From contig NZ_CP060715.1 in the NCBI RefSeq assembly GCF_014396165.1, positions 1,710,001-1,742,000 of the forward strand: 32,000 bases of DNA. The letters run 5' to 3'. Position numbers and translations under genes: made by a program. This document shows, in pieces, positions 1 to 9,553 of this stretch. The number at the start of each line of letters is the position of its first letter. The first letter of the stretch is position 1. Origin of the DNA: Erysipelothrix inopinata. GTDB taxonomy: Bacteria > Bacillota_I > Bacilli_A > Erysipelotrichales > Erysipelotrichaceae. The notes beneath the pieces were generated by a model. The model was not told the DNA's origin. It ran no database searches and saw only the letters and a program-made list of their open reading frames with translations.

Positions 1-1944
1 CATAGCTATCTCAAAAAGCTCAGAATTGGTGCAGCCAGCACCAATTAATAAATTTTCACGATGTTCCATGAGATGACGGCGAAGAATTCTTGGTTCCGCC
101 ATAACAGCATCCCCTTTGCTCGTCTTGCCAAAGAACGCTAAGTATTCGGTATGTGACAATGAAATCAATTGATACAACGTTTTAAGACCCGTTCTATTTT
201 TAGCAATAACGTTAACGTGTGAGTTGCGAAGTTTTGTAAAAGCATTTTTGCCACTCAACGTTTGAAGCTCATCAATCGTTTTCATGTTTTGAAGGCGATC
301 ATCACGTAAAAGCGCAAGATAAACAAGACTTAGAACTTCCGCATCATAGTCAGCACGGTGAGCAACACCTTCGTCATAAGGGATACGTAGCAAGCGAGCA
401 ATACTTCCCAATCGATAAGAACGTCTGTTATCAAACATGGCTCTCGAAAGATCCAATGTATCAACAACACTATTTGTGATGGGTTCACGACCAATACGGC
501 GTAATGATTCTTGAATAAAATCAATATCAAACTGTGCGTTATGGGCAATAAGTGTTGCATCACCAATAAAGTTTAAAATATCATCAATACCTTCTTCAAA
601 AGATTTCGCATCTTTTAGATCTTCGTTGGTAATATTTGTGAGTTCTTGAATGAATGGTCGTACAGGAACCGGAGGTTTAATAAACATCTGCATTTTTTCA
701 ACCGTTTTACCTTTAACGATACGAACAGCACCAAATTCAATAATATGATCGTAGTAGTTAGAAAGTCCTGTAGTTTCCAAGTCAAAAGAGATGTATTCAG
801 TCATATGTAAATCTTGACCCTTAACATTTGATGCAATCTTAAGATTTTCTTCAACCATATTCATTTCCACACCGTAACCGAGCTTAAACTGATGGTCCGG
901 ATACTTCTTGCGAAGACCCTTCAATGACCCATAAGCTTTAGGGAATGATTGAACCGCAGTATGATCAGTAATAACCATACCAGGGTGTCCCCATTCAAAA
1001 GCTTGCGCCATATATTCTGAAGCATCAGAAATACCGTCCATTTCAGAATACTTAGTGTGAAGATGAAACTCAGCACGCTTGCGCGGTGCATGGTCGTAAC
1101 GTTTGAAAATATCCTCAACAACTTCGTAGCGGTCCATTTTGAAAATATAATCTTTTTCGTAGCGCGCATCAAAGATATAATTCCCCATTGCTTTAATACA
1201 TGTGTTTTTCGGAATAAACTCATCTTCAGAGTTCACAAATCCAGATACTACTAATGCACCTTTTCCGTCAGTTAAATAATACTTAACGATAAAAGATCCG
1301 GAGCGAGTTTCCCTTGTTTCAACTTCAAACACTTTCCCAACAATCGCAACATCATGAGCTTCATCAGTTAAAGCAGAAAGAACAATGTCTGTATATTCTT
1401 TCTTGCCACGTCTTTGCGGTTTATTAAAAGTCTGTGGCTTTTCTTGCTTTACAACGCGTTCACGCGGTGCAACCATCACAGTTTCTTCTTTAATTTCCAT
1501 TTCAATCATACCTACTGCCACAGGGTATGTAATACCATAAACAGAAATCATCTCAATAAATTGAGGCAAAGATCTTTCGATTGCTTCAAGATGAGAATCA
1601 TCACGACATAAGAGTCGAATTTCATTATTAATGAGTTGGTAAGAGGCATCCATAAGCGCCGAAATTCGTGAACTCCGAGCAACAAAATCAACATAATTAG
1701 AAACATTTAAAAAATCAAGGTTACAAGAATCTGAAACGACACTGAGTTTTACTTCACATTTAATAAATAGTTTTAATTTCTTTGCGAATTCACGGTAAAC
1801 AGAAAAAGGTAAGGTTTCTCTTACCTTTATTTTTAATTCTAAAATATTATCATGACGATGGTAATCTGAAACGAGGAGTTCTGAAGACTCAAAATAGGAA
1901 TAATACTTTTTATTAAAATCAATTTTATCTAACAATTCAAACAT
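1..1944 (-). CDS. polC: DNA polymerase III PolC-type, N-terminal 648 codons (gene continues past the left edge of the window)
   Basis: Not in the supplied ORF track because it has no stop inside the window. Hand translation from ATG 1944..1942 stays open to nt 1 (MFELLDKIDFNKKYYSYF ... HRENLLIGAGCTNSELFEIAM). PHP motif FHLHTKYSEMDG is followed by DEDD proofreading motifs ISFDLETTGLS, IAHNAQFDIDFI and HRADYDAEVL, which is the PolC layout. SD-like AGGGGTG lies 6 nt upstream of the ATG. Confidence 0.9.
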   Translation of the reverse strand, partial: MFELLDKIDFNKKYYSYFESSELLVSDYHRHDNILELKIKVRETLPFSVYREFAKKLKLFIKCEVKLSVVSDSCNLDFLNVSNYVDFVARSSRISALMDASYQLINNEIRLLCRDDSHLEAIERSLPQFIEMISVYGITYPVAVGMIEMEIKEETVMVAPRERVVKQEKPQTFNKPQRRGKKEYTDIVLSALTDEAHDVAIVGKVFEVETRETRSGSFIVKYYLTDGKGALVVSGFVNSEDEFIPKNTCIKAMGNYIFDARYEKDYIFKMDRYEVVEDIFKRYDHAPRKRAEFHLHTKYSEMDGISDASEYMAQAFEWGHPGMVITDHTAVQSFPKAYGSLKGLRKKYPDHQFKLGYGVEMNMVEENLKIASNVKGQDLHMTEYISFDLETTGLSNYYDHIIEFGAVRIVKGKTVEKMQMFIKPPVPVRPFIQELTNITNEDLKDAKSFEEGIDDILNFIGDATLIAHNAQFDIDFIQESLRRIGREPITNSVVDTLDLSRAMFDNRRSYRLGSIARLLRIPYDEGVAHRADYDAEVLSLVYLALLRDDRLQNMKTIDELQTLSGKNAFTKLRNSHVNVIAKNRTGLKTLYQLISLSHTEYLAFFGKTSKGDAVMAEPRILRRHLMEHRENLLIGAGCTNSELFEIAM

Positions 1945-1955
1945 GTCTCACACCC

Positions 1956-2636
1956 CTATTTCACTAATTTCTCAAATGCATCCTTTGCAGCCATTTGTTC
2001 GGCTTTTTTCTTACTTAGACCTTTTCCAATTCCAAAAACGAGTTGATCAAGTTTCACAACAACTTCGAATTCTGGTGCATTAGAAGGTCCTGTTACGTTA
2101 ATCACTTCATAGGATACAGATTTTCTCGAATCTGCTTGGATATATTCCTGAAGTTTCGTCTTGTAATCTGTAATTCCTAGTGAATCAAGATCATTTAAGG
2201 CTTTATTCATCACAATATCAAGGATAATATTGACTGAACTCATACCACTATCAAGATAAAGCGCACCAATAAAGCTCTCAAAAAGGTCCGCAATGATAGA
2301 TGGACGTTGACGACCACCATTACGCTCTTCACCTAATCCCAACATTAAATATTCATTGAGACCCAGTTTAAGACTATACGAAGCCAACGCTTCCTCACAG
2401 ACTAATTTTGCACGGTATAAAGTCATGTCACCTTCACTTAAAGGTACTTTATTCTTGAAAAGGCGCTCTGATACACAAATTTGTAAAACAGCATCACCCA
2501 TAAACTCAAGACGTTCATTATCTTCTAAAAATTTGTTTTGTTCATTCACGTACGAAGAATGTACAAAAGCATTCAAAATTAAATCTTCATTATGATACGG
2601 AATATTTAATTTATCGAGTAGATTCCACACTGTCAT
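1956..2636 (-). CDS. rnc: Ribonuclease III
   Basis: 226 aa. RNase III signature NERLEFMGDAVL. C-terminal dsRNA-binding domain (GPSNAPEFEVVV...GKGLSKKKAEQMAAKDAFEKL). ATG with AGGTGA SD. Confidence 0.95.
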   Translation of the reverse strand: MTVWNLLDKLNIPYHNEDLILNAFVHSSYVNEQNKFLEDNERLEFMGDAVLQICVSERLFKNKVPLSEGDMTLYRAKLVCEEALASYSLKLGLNEYLMLGLGEERNGGRQRPSIIADLFESFIGALYLDSGMSSVNIILDIVMNKALNDLDSLGITDYKTKLQEYIQADSRKSVSYEVINVTGPSNAPEFEVVVKLDQLVFGIGKGLSKKKAEQMAAKDAFEKLVK

Positions 2637-2666
2637 TTTCTATCACCTGTTTTTAATTATACAACA

Positions 2667-4619
2667 CTATATTGTTTTAAAATAGTCTTGACCTTTCACA
2701 TGTTCCAAAATTTTAATATAATCCGGATTGTCGCTATTCGCTACAATTCGCTGCGCATCCTTTTTTGCTTGTTCCATAATTTTAATATCTTTTTCAATAT
2801 CGCCAAGTAGAAACTGTGGTAGTCCTGACTGTCTAACTCCCAGTGCATCACCATAGCCTCTTTGGCGCATGTCTATCATAGAGAGTTCAAACCCGTCATG
2901 AGACTGAACGAGGGCCTGCAAACGATTGTTACTTTCTTCTGATTCACTTTTGGAAAGCAAATAACAGAGACCACCTTTTTCACCACGTCCGATACGACCT
3001 CTTAGTTGGTGTAATGTTGCGAGTCCAAACTGTTCCGCATTATAGATGATCATCATATTAGCATTATGAACATCCAGCCCAACTTCTATAACTGTTGTAC
3101 TCACCAATATATCAATTTCATGATTTGCAAAGCTTGTCATCATGATTTGTTTATCTTGACCACTCATCCGCCCATGTAATATTCCTGTATTATATTCCGG
3201 AAATAACTTTTGCATTTGTTCATGAATACCAAGTACTGTCTTTACTCCCGGACGCTCATCCTCATCGATGGCGGCACACACAATATATATTTGACCCCCT
3301 GCACTGAGTTCTGCTTTCATTTGCGGAAGAAGTGTTCTTACCGAATTTTCCGAGATAAGTTCTGTCCTACTCTCTTTACGATGACTTGGGTAATGAGTAA
3401 TATTTGAAATATCCAGATCATAAAAGAGTGTGTTTGCAAGTGTGCGAGGAATTGGTGTTGCTGAAAGCATCAACAAATCCACATCGTCTCCCTTATCAAC
3501 TAATTTTTGACGTTGGAGAACTCCAAAACGATGCTGCTCGTCAATAAGTACAAACCCTAGCTTGTTAAAATGGACATCATCTTGAAATAAAGCATGGGTT
3601 CCAAAGACCAATGGGCAATTGCCATCTTTTAGATCTTCAAGAATTTTTACCTTATTCTCTGAATTTTGCGAATATACACTATAGTCAATATTCGGAAACA
3701 GTTTTGCAAAAGAAGCAGCGTGTTGATACAGCAAAACTTCAGTAGGAACCATATAAGCTACCTGGAAACCCGCTTCGATAGCAGCAATCAACGATAAAAA
3801 CGAAACGATGGTCTTACCACTTCCTACATCCCCTTGTAAAAGACGATTCATACGCTTATTGGATTTTAAATCTCCCAATATTTCATGAAGTGCAATATTT
3901 TGATCTTCAGTTAATACAAACGGTAACGATTCTTGATATGTCTCAATGACATGATTATCAAAGCGCTTTGAAATACCATACTCAAAATCGCTCTTATTGA
4001 GCGCAATGGATACTTGGTATTTTAAGAATTCATCATATTTCAATGTGCGTTGAGCTTGATAGAGTTGTTCTTTAGTATTAGGAACGTGAATCCATTTGAG
4101 TGCTTGTTGTGTTGAAATGAGTTTATAACCACTCCTAAATTCTCGAGGTATGACGTCTTCAACATCACAAAGAGAAAGAGTTTTCTTCATTAACCGGATC
4201 ACTTCATAATTTTTTATTCCACTCTTTAATGGATATTGCGGTTCAATCCCCAATACGTCATCAAGAGGTTTATTAGTAATCGTTCTTGCGACAACCTTTC
4301 CATCACTGAACTGTCCAGTAACCGTAATCCCTTGAGTATAATTCGATTCTTTAAGATAGGAGCGATTGTAAATAACAACTTTAATTACTTCATCATTCGT
4401 ATTCACTTCAAAATTAGTTGCAGAACGATTTCTACCGAATCGATAGGTTTTAAAACTACTCGCTAAAAACCCCGAAAAAACTACAACATCTCCAGGTTTC
4501 CAAGTATCACGAGTTTTATATTCTAAAAATTGATAGCGATGAGGAAAGTGAAATAGAAAATCACAAGGAGATGTATATCCTAATGATTCGACTATTTTAT
4601 TTTGTTTATCCGTTAACAT
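2667..4619 (-). CDS. recG: ATP-dependent DNA helicase RecG
   Basis: Walker A GDVGSGKT, DEQH box LIDEQHRFG, helicase motif VI QLRGRIGRG, N-terminal wedge/OB region. The track start at 4637 is a TTG inside a hairpin loop. I prefer ATG 4619 (MLTDKQNK...), which gives 650 aa. Confidence 0.92.
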   Translation of the reverse strand: MLTDKQNKIVESLGYTSPCDFLFHFPHRYQFLEYKTRDTWKPGDVVVFSGFLASSFKTYRFGRNRSATNFEVNTNDEVIKVVIYNRSYLKESNYTQGITVTGQFSDGKVVARTITNKPLDDVLGIEPQYPLKSGIKNYEVIRLMKKTLSLCDVEDVIPREFRSGYKLISTQQALKWIHVPNTKEQLYQAQRTLKYDEFLKYQVSIALNKSDFEYGISKRFDNHVIETYQESLPFVLTEDQNIALHEILGDLKSNKRMNRLLQGDVGSGKTIVSFLSLIAAIEAGFQVAYMVPTEVLLYQHAASFAKLFPNIDYSVYSQNSENKVKILEDLKDGNCPLVFGTHALFQDDVHFNKLGFVLIDEQHRFGVLQRQKLVDKGDDVDLLMLSATPIPRTLANTLFYDLDISNITHYPSHRKESRTELISENSVRTLLPQMKAELSAGGQIYIVCAAIDEDERPGVKTVLGIHEQMQKLFPEYNTGILHGRMSGQDKQIMMTSFANHEIDILVSTTVIEVGLDVHNANMMIIYNAEQFGLATLHQLRGRIGRGEKGGLCYLLSKSESEESNNRLQALVQSHDGFELSMIDMRQRGYGDALGVRQSGLPQFLLGDIEKDIKIMEQAKKDAQRIVANSDNPDYIKILEHVKGQDYFKTI

Positions 4620-4625
4620 AATAGT

Positions 4626-4648
4626 AAAAAAGGGCAAAGCCCTTTTTA
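4626..4648 (-). terminator. Intrinsic-terminator-like hairpin between fakA/yloV stop and recG start
   Basis: Minus-strand RNA reads AAAAAGGGC-TTT-GCCCTTTTTT. It overlaps the TAA stop of the upstream gene (4646-4648), and its U-tract ends 6 nt before the recG ATG. Confidence 0.5.
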
Positions 4649-6271
4649 TTCAACTCCGATAATAAATGAGTATACCGGCTGATCCCCTACATGGGTTTCA
4701 ACTTCGACATCAAAGGATGATTCAATATAATCTGTAATTTCAGATACTTCCTCTTCCTCAACACCTTCACCAACAATTAAAGTTAGTAATTCGCTCTCAT
4801 CATCAATTAGTTTGTCACAAAGTTCTTTTGTCGCTTCAACACGATTTGGATTTGTGACAACGATATCTTTTTCTAAAATACCAATAAAGTCATTTTCTTT
4901 GATTTCGATTGATTCAAAGACGGTGTCTTTAATTGCATATGTAATTTGACCTGTTTTAGTATTTGCAACAGCTTCTAACATTTCTTCAAGGTTAGATTCA
5001 ACGTCTGTGTCAGGATTAAACATAACACATGCTGCAAGTCCTTGAGGAACAGTCTTAGTTTCAATCACATGAATATCTTTATCTTCAAGAATTTGCTGCG
5101 CTTGTTTTGCAGCCATAATAATATTTGAATTATTTGGCAAGATGAAAATGTGATCTGCATCAATTTTTTCAATTACTTCTACGAAGTCTTCAGTTGATGG
5201 GTTCATTGTTTGACCACCACTAATGATATATTCTACGCGAAGATCATTAAACATTGAAACAACTCCTTCACCAGCAGCTACAGAAACAAGAGCATACTTG
5301 CTATGTTCTTTAGTTGCTTGAGCTTTATGAGCGTCGTTATCAAGAATTGTATTATGTTGTTCAGACATATTTTCAATTTTCAACTTAACAAACTCACCAT
5401 ATTGTTGTCCTAAGTTTAGAGCATTACCAGGTGTTAATGTATGAACGTGAACCTTAACGATATCTTCATCAGTAACAACTACTAAAGAGTTACCTAAAGC
5501 TTCAAGTTTGCTACGGAATTTATCTTCATTGTAACGGTGAACTGAATCTTCGTTTAAACGAATAATAAATTCTGTACAGTATCCAAATTCATCATGCTCG
5601 AAATCAGATGCAGCTGCATGAGATTCATCGCTGATATCTTTTAATTCAATTGGATTACCTTTAAGAGCTGCGACAAATCCTTCAAGAACTGTCACATAAC
5701 CTTTTCCACCACTGTCAACAACGCCAACTTCTTTTAAGACTGGTAGTAATTCTGGTGTATTATCAAGTGATTTATTTGCTTCATCAACTAAGAACTCGAA
5801 GAATTCAAGAACAGATATTTCTGGATTCTTTAAGACATGTTCATAAGTTGCATCTGCACTTTCACGCAATACAGTTAAAATTGTACCTTCTACTGGACGC
5901 ATAACAGCTTTATAAGCTACTTCTTTTCCACTTACAAAAGCATCTGCCAATTGTTGAACATTAACTTCATGGAAGTCTTCAACAGATTGCGCAAACCCTC
6001 TGAAAATTTGAGATAAAATAACTCCTGAGTTACCACGAGCTCCCATTAAAAGACCACGTGATAAAGTTTTGGATAATTGTCCAATATGTGATGTCATGAC
6101 TTTTTTAGAATCATTCAATCCACTTGTGAACGTTAAATTCATATTGGTACCTGTATCACCATCTGGAACAGGGAAAACATTCAATGCGTTGATTTCAACA
6201 TGTTTGTTTGTAAGATTGTGAGCACCACTCTCAAGCATTGTTAAAAATATATCACCATTTATTTTTTGCAT
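4646..6271 (-). CDS. fakA: DAK2-domain protein YloV / fatty acid kinase subunit FakA family
   Basis: 541 aa. N-terminal Dak2 domain with PVPDGDTGTNM motif. Conserved Asp23-like / Dak2 / recG gene order as in Bacillus yloU-yloV-recG and Staphylococcus fakA. TAATG overlap with the upstream gene. Confidence 0.85.
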   Translation of the reverse strand: MQKINGDIFLTMLESGAHNLTNKHVEINALNVFPVPDGDTGTNMNLTFTSGLNDSKKVMTSHIGQLSKTLSRGLLMGARGNSGVILSQIFRGFAQSVEDFHEVNVQQLADAFVSGKEVAYKAVMRPVEGTILTVLRESADATYEHVLKNPEISVLEFFEFLVDEANKSLDNTPELLPVLKEVGVVDSGGKGYVTVLEGFVAALKGNPIELKDISDESHAAASDFEHDEFGYCTEFIIRLNEDSVHRYNEDKFRSKLEALGNSLVVVTDEDIVKVHVHTLTPGNALNLGQQYGEFVKLKIENMSEQHNTILDNDAHKAQATKEHSKYALVSVAAGEGVVSMFNDLRVEYIISGGQTMNPSTEDFVEVIEKIDADHIFILPNNSNIIMAAKQAQQILEDKDIHVIETKTVPQGLAACVMFNPDTDVESNLEEMLEAVANTKTGQITYAIKDTVFESIEIKENDFIGILEKDIVVTNPNRVEATKELCDKLIDDESELLTLIVGEGVEEEEVSEITDYIESSFDVEVETHVGDQPVYSFIIGVE

Positions 6272-6630
6272 TATTCTACTACCTTAATCCCTTGTACATA
6301 AACATTAACCGAGTTAACTGCGATTTGTAATGTTTTTTCAAGCATGTATTTTGCTTTCTTTTGAACTTCTAAAACCACTTCTGAAATTTTTACATTATAG
6401 CTCACAATAATGTACAAGTCCAAGTTAAATCCTTCTTCAGTATTCTTAACAATTACTCCTTTAGAGAAATTCTCTCCTTTAAGTAATTCTGCTAATCCAT
6501 CTTTAAAAATTTGTTGAGAAGCCATACCAACAACACCGTAACATTCTGTTACAACGCCACCAGCTAGCATTGCGATTGCTTCATTGGAAATATTGATAGA
6601 TCCAAATTCATTTGATTTTTCGATCGCCAT
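6271..6630 (-). CDS. yloU: Asp23/Gls24 family (alkaline shock protein-like) envelope stress protein
   Basis: 119 aa. Typical Asp23-family N-terminus (ISNEAIAMLAGGVVTECYGVVGM). Position immediately upstream of the Dak2 gene. SD GAGGAGGAGAA. Confidence 0.88.
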   Translation of the reverse strand: MAIEKSNEFGSINISNEAIAMLAGGVVTECYGVVGMASQQIFKDGLAELLKGENFSKGVIVKNTEEGFNLDLYIIVSYNVKISEVVLEVQKKAKYMLEKTLQIAVNSVNVYVQGIKVVE

Positions 6631-6660
6631 ATTCTCCTCCTCTTTCTCTTTTTATATTAA

Positions 6661-7461
6661 TTAATCACATTCACGAGTTGTAACCGTTTGTGTTTCATCG
6701 TTAGGACCATACTCCGAAAAATAAAGACAACGATTATTCGGGTCAGCCTTACTTATTATAGTAGCATAATCCTTTAGCAATGGTAAAGTGTTCACGCCCG
6801 AATATGCACGATATTCGTTATTTAGAACAATCATCATCGCTGTTTCATCAAATTTTGTCGGTTGAAGATGAACTTCCGAAATTGCATTCAAGGTTGCATC
6901 TCCGACTTTACCAAAATTTTCTAAAAGTTCTTTTGTAAGAGATTCATCTGAGAATCCTTCAAATACCGGGAGTCCAACGATAATTGAACTATTATCTCCA
7001 ACATCACGCTTCGTACCATCTGACATGAGTACTCGTAGCGGATCTTTTTGATATCCCACAGCTGTTACTTCATGGACATTAATGCTTACAATCCCCTTAG
7101 AATAATACAACGAAGCATCCAAACTTTCAACTCCTGGAATTTTTTTACCTTTTCTTTCGAGTAAAGGAGCAAGCTTCGTATAGATACGATCGCCTTCATA
7201 AATACCAAGACTTTCAGCAACTTCTTGTTGCGGAACAACATTAGTTCCATTGATTTTGACTTGTTTAATTCGTGAATATTCACTTTTATCAAACAGGTAC
7301 CAGGCAACAATAAGAAGTATTAAAAGTAAGATACGAAAGACTTTCATTGTTGTACGTTTTCGTTTTCTTTTGCGCTCCAAACGTTTTTTTTCTTCTAAAT
7401 CTTTTTTTATTTGATTGTAAGATTCATTATGATCAGATTGTTCAGTCTTTCGACGACCCAT
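6661..7461 (-). CDS. divIB: Cell division protein DivIB/FtsQ
   Basis: 266 aa. Highly basic cytoplasmic tail (EEKKRLERKRKRKR), a single TM (VFRILLLILLIVAWYLF), then a POTRA-like region (IKQVKINGTNVVPQQEV). Follows murG as in dcw clusters. ATG 7461 has SD AAGGTGG 9 nt upstream and overlaps the murG end by 20 nt. Confidence 0.8.
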   Translation of the reverse strand: MGRRKTEQSDHNESYNQIKKDLEEKKRLERKRKRKRTTMKVFRILLLILLIVAWYLFDKSEYSRIKQVKINGTNVVPQQEVAESLGIYEGDRIYTKLAPLLERKGKKIPGVESLDASLYYSKGIVSINVHEVTAVGYQKDPLRVLMSDGTKRDVGDNSSIIVGLPVFEGFSDESLTKELLENFGKVGDATLNAISEVHLQPTKFDETAMMIVLNNEYRAYSGVNTLPLLKDYATIISKADPNNRCLYFSEYGPNDETQTVTTRECD

Positions 7462-8536
7462 AACTATCTACCACCTTTTCTATACAATCAGCAATATCAG
7501 AAACTGCATTAGGCATCGCAAGATTTTTGGCATTGATACCTATTTGCTTACGTTTTTCTTCATCATCAAGAAGCGAATTAACCTTTTCATTCAAAGTTGT
7601 GGATCCAATGTTAGCTTCTTCAATCATCTCACAGGCATTTACATCATATAATGACTTAGCATTATAAAATTGATGGTTATTTGCAACATGAGGACTTGGA
7701 ATGAGAAGCGATGATAACCCAAACGATTCAATTTCCGCGATGGTTGATGCACCAGAACGGCAAACAATTAAATCAATTTTAGGGAGCAATGCTTTTTGAT
7801 CAACAAAATCCACAACATGTACATGTTCATCTGGTGTTCCCATTCGTTTAACAAAACCTTCGTAATTAGTAGGTCCAACAACAATAACTACTTGATAGTC
7901 CGTAAACTCAAAATTTTCAATATATTGTAGAAACTTCTCATTCATTGACGAAGATCCTTGAGATCCCATTACCATTAACACAGTTTTTAAGTCGTCTTTC
8001 AAACCTAATCGTTTCCACTCAGGTTCAGAATCAATAGTTTCATGGATTAATGAAGCACGAGGATTTCCAAGATACTGAACTGTTTTCATATCCGAGAACG
8101 CTTCTTTATAACAAGTAATAATAACCGATGCACGATCCGCTACCATTTTATTTGCTTTTCCAGGAAAGGCATTTTGTTCATGAAGAACCAAAGGAATGTT
8201 TAATTTAGATGCTGCAAGAGAAACTGGTGCGCTAACGTAACCACCAAAAGCAACAACAACATCTGGCTTAATATCCTTAAGATGCGACCTCGCGACACGA
8301 TATGCTTTAAATTGAGAGAATACGGCTTTGACTTTGGCAATAACACTTCCTTGTAATCCCATATTGTGAATACCATAGAAAGCATAGCCTGCTTCAGGAA
8401 TAATCTTACTTTCCATCTTGTAATCATTACCGATAAAGACGACTTCATCGCCTCTATTTTTGCTGATATAGTCAGCATACGTTAATGCAGGATAGATATG
8501 TCCGCCACTACCACCTGTTACAATACATACTTTCAT
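7442..8536 (-). CDS. murG: UDP-N-acetylglucosamine--N-acetylmuramyl-(pentapeptide) pyrophosphoryl-undecaprenol GlcNAc transferase MurG
   Basis: 364 aa. N-terminal G-loop TGGSGGHIYPAL and C-terminal RSGASTIAEI. SD GAGGAG lies inside the ruvB 3' end. Confidence 0.93.
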   Translation of the reverse strand: MKVCIVTGGSGGHIYPALTYADYISKNRGDEVVFIGNDYKMESKIIPEAGYAFYGIHNMGLQGSVIAKVKAVFSQFKAYRVARSHLKDIKPDVVVAFGGYVSAPVSLAASKLNIPLVLHEQNAFPGKANKMVADRASVIITCYKEAFSDMKTVQYLGNPRASLIHETIDSEPEWKRLGLKDDLKTVLMVMGSQGSSSMNEKFLQYIENFEFTDYQVVIVVGPTNYEGFVKRMGTPDEHVHVVDFVDQKALLPKIDLIVCRSGASTIAEIESFGLSSLLIPSPHVANNHQFYNAKSLYDVNACEMIEEANIGSTTLNEKVNSLLDDEEKRKQIGINAKNLAMPNAVSDIADCIEKVVDSYGSSKD

Positions 8537-8539
8537 AGG

Positions 8540-9553
8540 TCACTCCTCATCCATGACTTGCGTCAGTATTTCAATCTTTAAATGCTCATACGCTCTGGCT
8601 GTCGCGACACGACCTCGCGGTGTTCTATTTATAAAACCCAATTGTAATAGATAAGGTTCATAGACATCCTCTAGTGTCATTGTCTCTTCAGAAATTGATG
8701 CTGCAAGTGCTTCAATTCCGACAGGACCACCATCAAATCTTTCGATGATTCCACGGAGATATCGAATGTCGACATCATCTAATCCGACCTCATCTACTTT
8801 TAGTTTGTTGAGTGCAATTTGCGTAACTTCTAAATCTACGACATCATCATTAAGAACCATCGCGAAATCTCGAACTCTTCGAAAGAGTCGATTCGCAATA
8901 CGTGGTGTTCCCCTTGATCTTTTAGCAATTTCGCAAACAGCCTCATATTCTATTTCTGTATCAAAAACGCGCGAAGTACGTGAAACAATTTGTTCAAGTT
9001 CTGGTTGTGCATAATACTCTAATTTAGAGATAATTCCAAATCGATCTCGTAAAGGACTTGATAAATCCCCTGCACGTGTTGTCGCACCCACTAATGTAAA
9101 TGGTGGCAAATCAATTTGAATACTTCGTGTTGAAGAATCTTTACCTACCACTAAATCCAAAGTGAAATCTTCCATAGCAGGATAAAGAACTTCTTCGACT
9201 ACTTTAGGGAGTCGATGTATTTCATCAATAAACAAGACATCCCCAGGTTCTAAACTCGATAGAATAGCAGCCAAGTCACCCGTTCTTTCAATACTCGGTC
9301 CTGAAGTAATTTTAATACCGGCATTCATCTCCTCAGCGATAATGTATGCGAGCGTTGTCTTACCCAGTCCAGGAGGACCATAAAACAAAAGATGGTCCAA
9401 TGTTTCATTTCTCTTCTTCGCAGCCTGTATAAACACTTTAAGGTTTTCTTTCAACTCAAATTGACCAATATACTCATCAAGAGTTCCAGGTCTCAAAGTA
9501 ACTTCATAATCATTGGCTGTTTCAAGTTTTTCTCCTGACACAATTCGATTCAT
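8540..9553 (-). CDS. ruvB: Holliday junction branch migration ATPase RuvB
   Basis: 337 aa. Walker [12 protein letters not shown], Walker [10 protein letters not shown], sensor [15 protein letters not shown]. 4-nt overlap with ruvA. Confidence 0.97.
   Translation of the reverse strand: MNRIVSGEKLETANDYEVTLRPGTLDEYIGQFELKENLKVFIQAAKKRNETLDHLLFYGPPGLGKTTLAYIIAEEMNAGIKITSGPSIERTGDLAAILSSLEPGDVLFIDEIHRLPKVVEEVLYPAMEDFTLDLVVGKDSSTRSIQIDLPPFTLVGATTRAGDLSSPLRDRFGIISKLEYYAQPELEQIVSRTSRVFDTEIEYEAVCEIAKRSRGTPRIANRLFRRVRDFAMVLNDDVVDLEVTQIALNKLKVDEVGLDDVDIRYLRGIIERFDGGPVGIEALAASISEETMTLEDVYEPYLLQLGFINRTPRGRVATARAYEHLKIEILTQVMDEE

Noticed and set aside
330-1611. Four short ORFs in the track (330-566 -, 921-1223 -, 1057-1254 +, 1414-1611 +) in an apparently gene-poor region
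   Set aside because: All lie inside, and out of frame with or antisense to, the continuous polC reading frame (1-1944, minus strand). That frame has clear PolC motifs, so these are shadow ORFs.
4620-4637. N-terminal extensions in the ORF track that start at non-ATG or upstream codons: recG TTG 4637, kinase TTG 17905, dnaE GTG 21625, TTG 22189, ATPase TTG 22772, ATG 24620, nrnA TTG 25644, ylxM TTG 27161, smc ATG 31007
   Set aside because: In each case a downstream start has a better SD and/or gives the family-typical N-terminus. The longest-ORF starts often lie inside the preceding gene or upstream of the promoter. The kinase and the 21668-22189 ORF remain ambiguous.
7086-8478. Same-strand nested ORFs inside divIB (7086-7310) and murG (8200-8478); similar ones occur inside ackA (26230-26418) and smc (28103-28309, 28454-28684)
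   Set aside because: They are out-of-frame ORFs within well-supported genes, with no SD and no recognisable domains. There is no evidence for overprinting.
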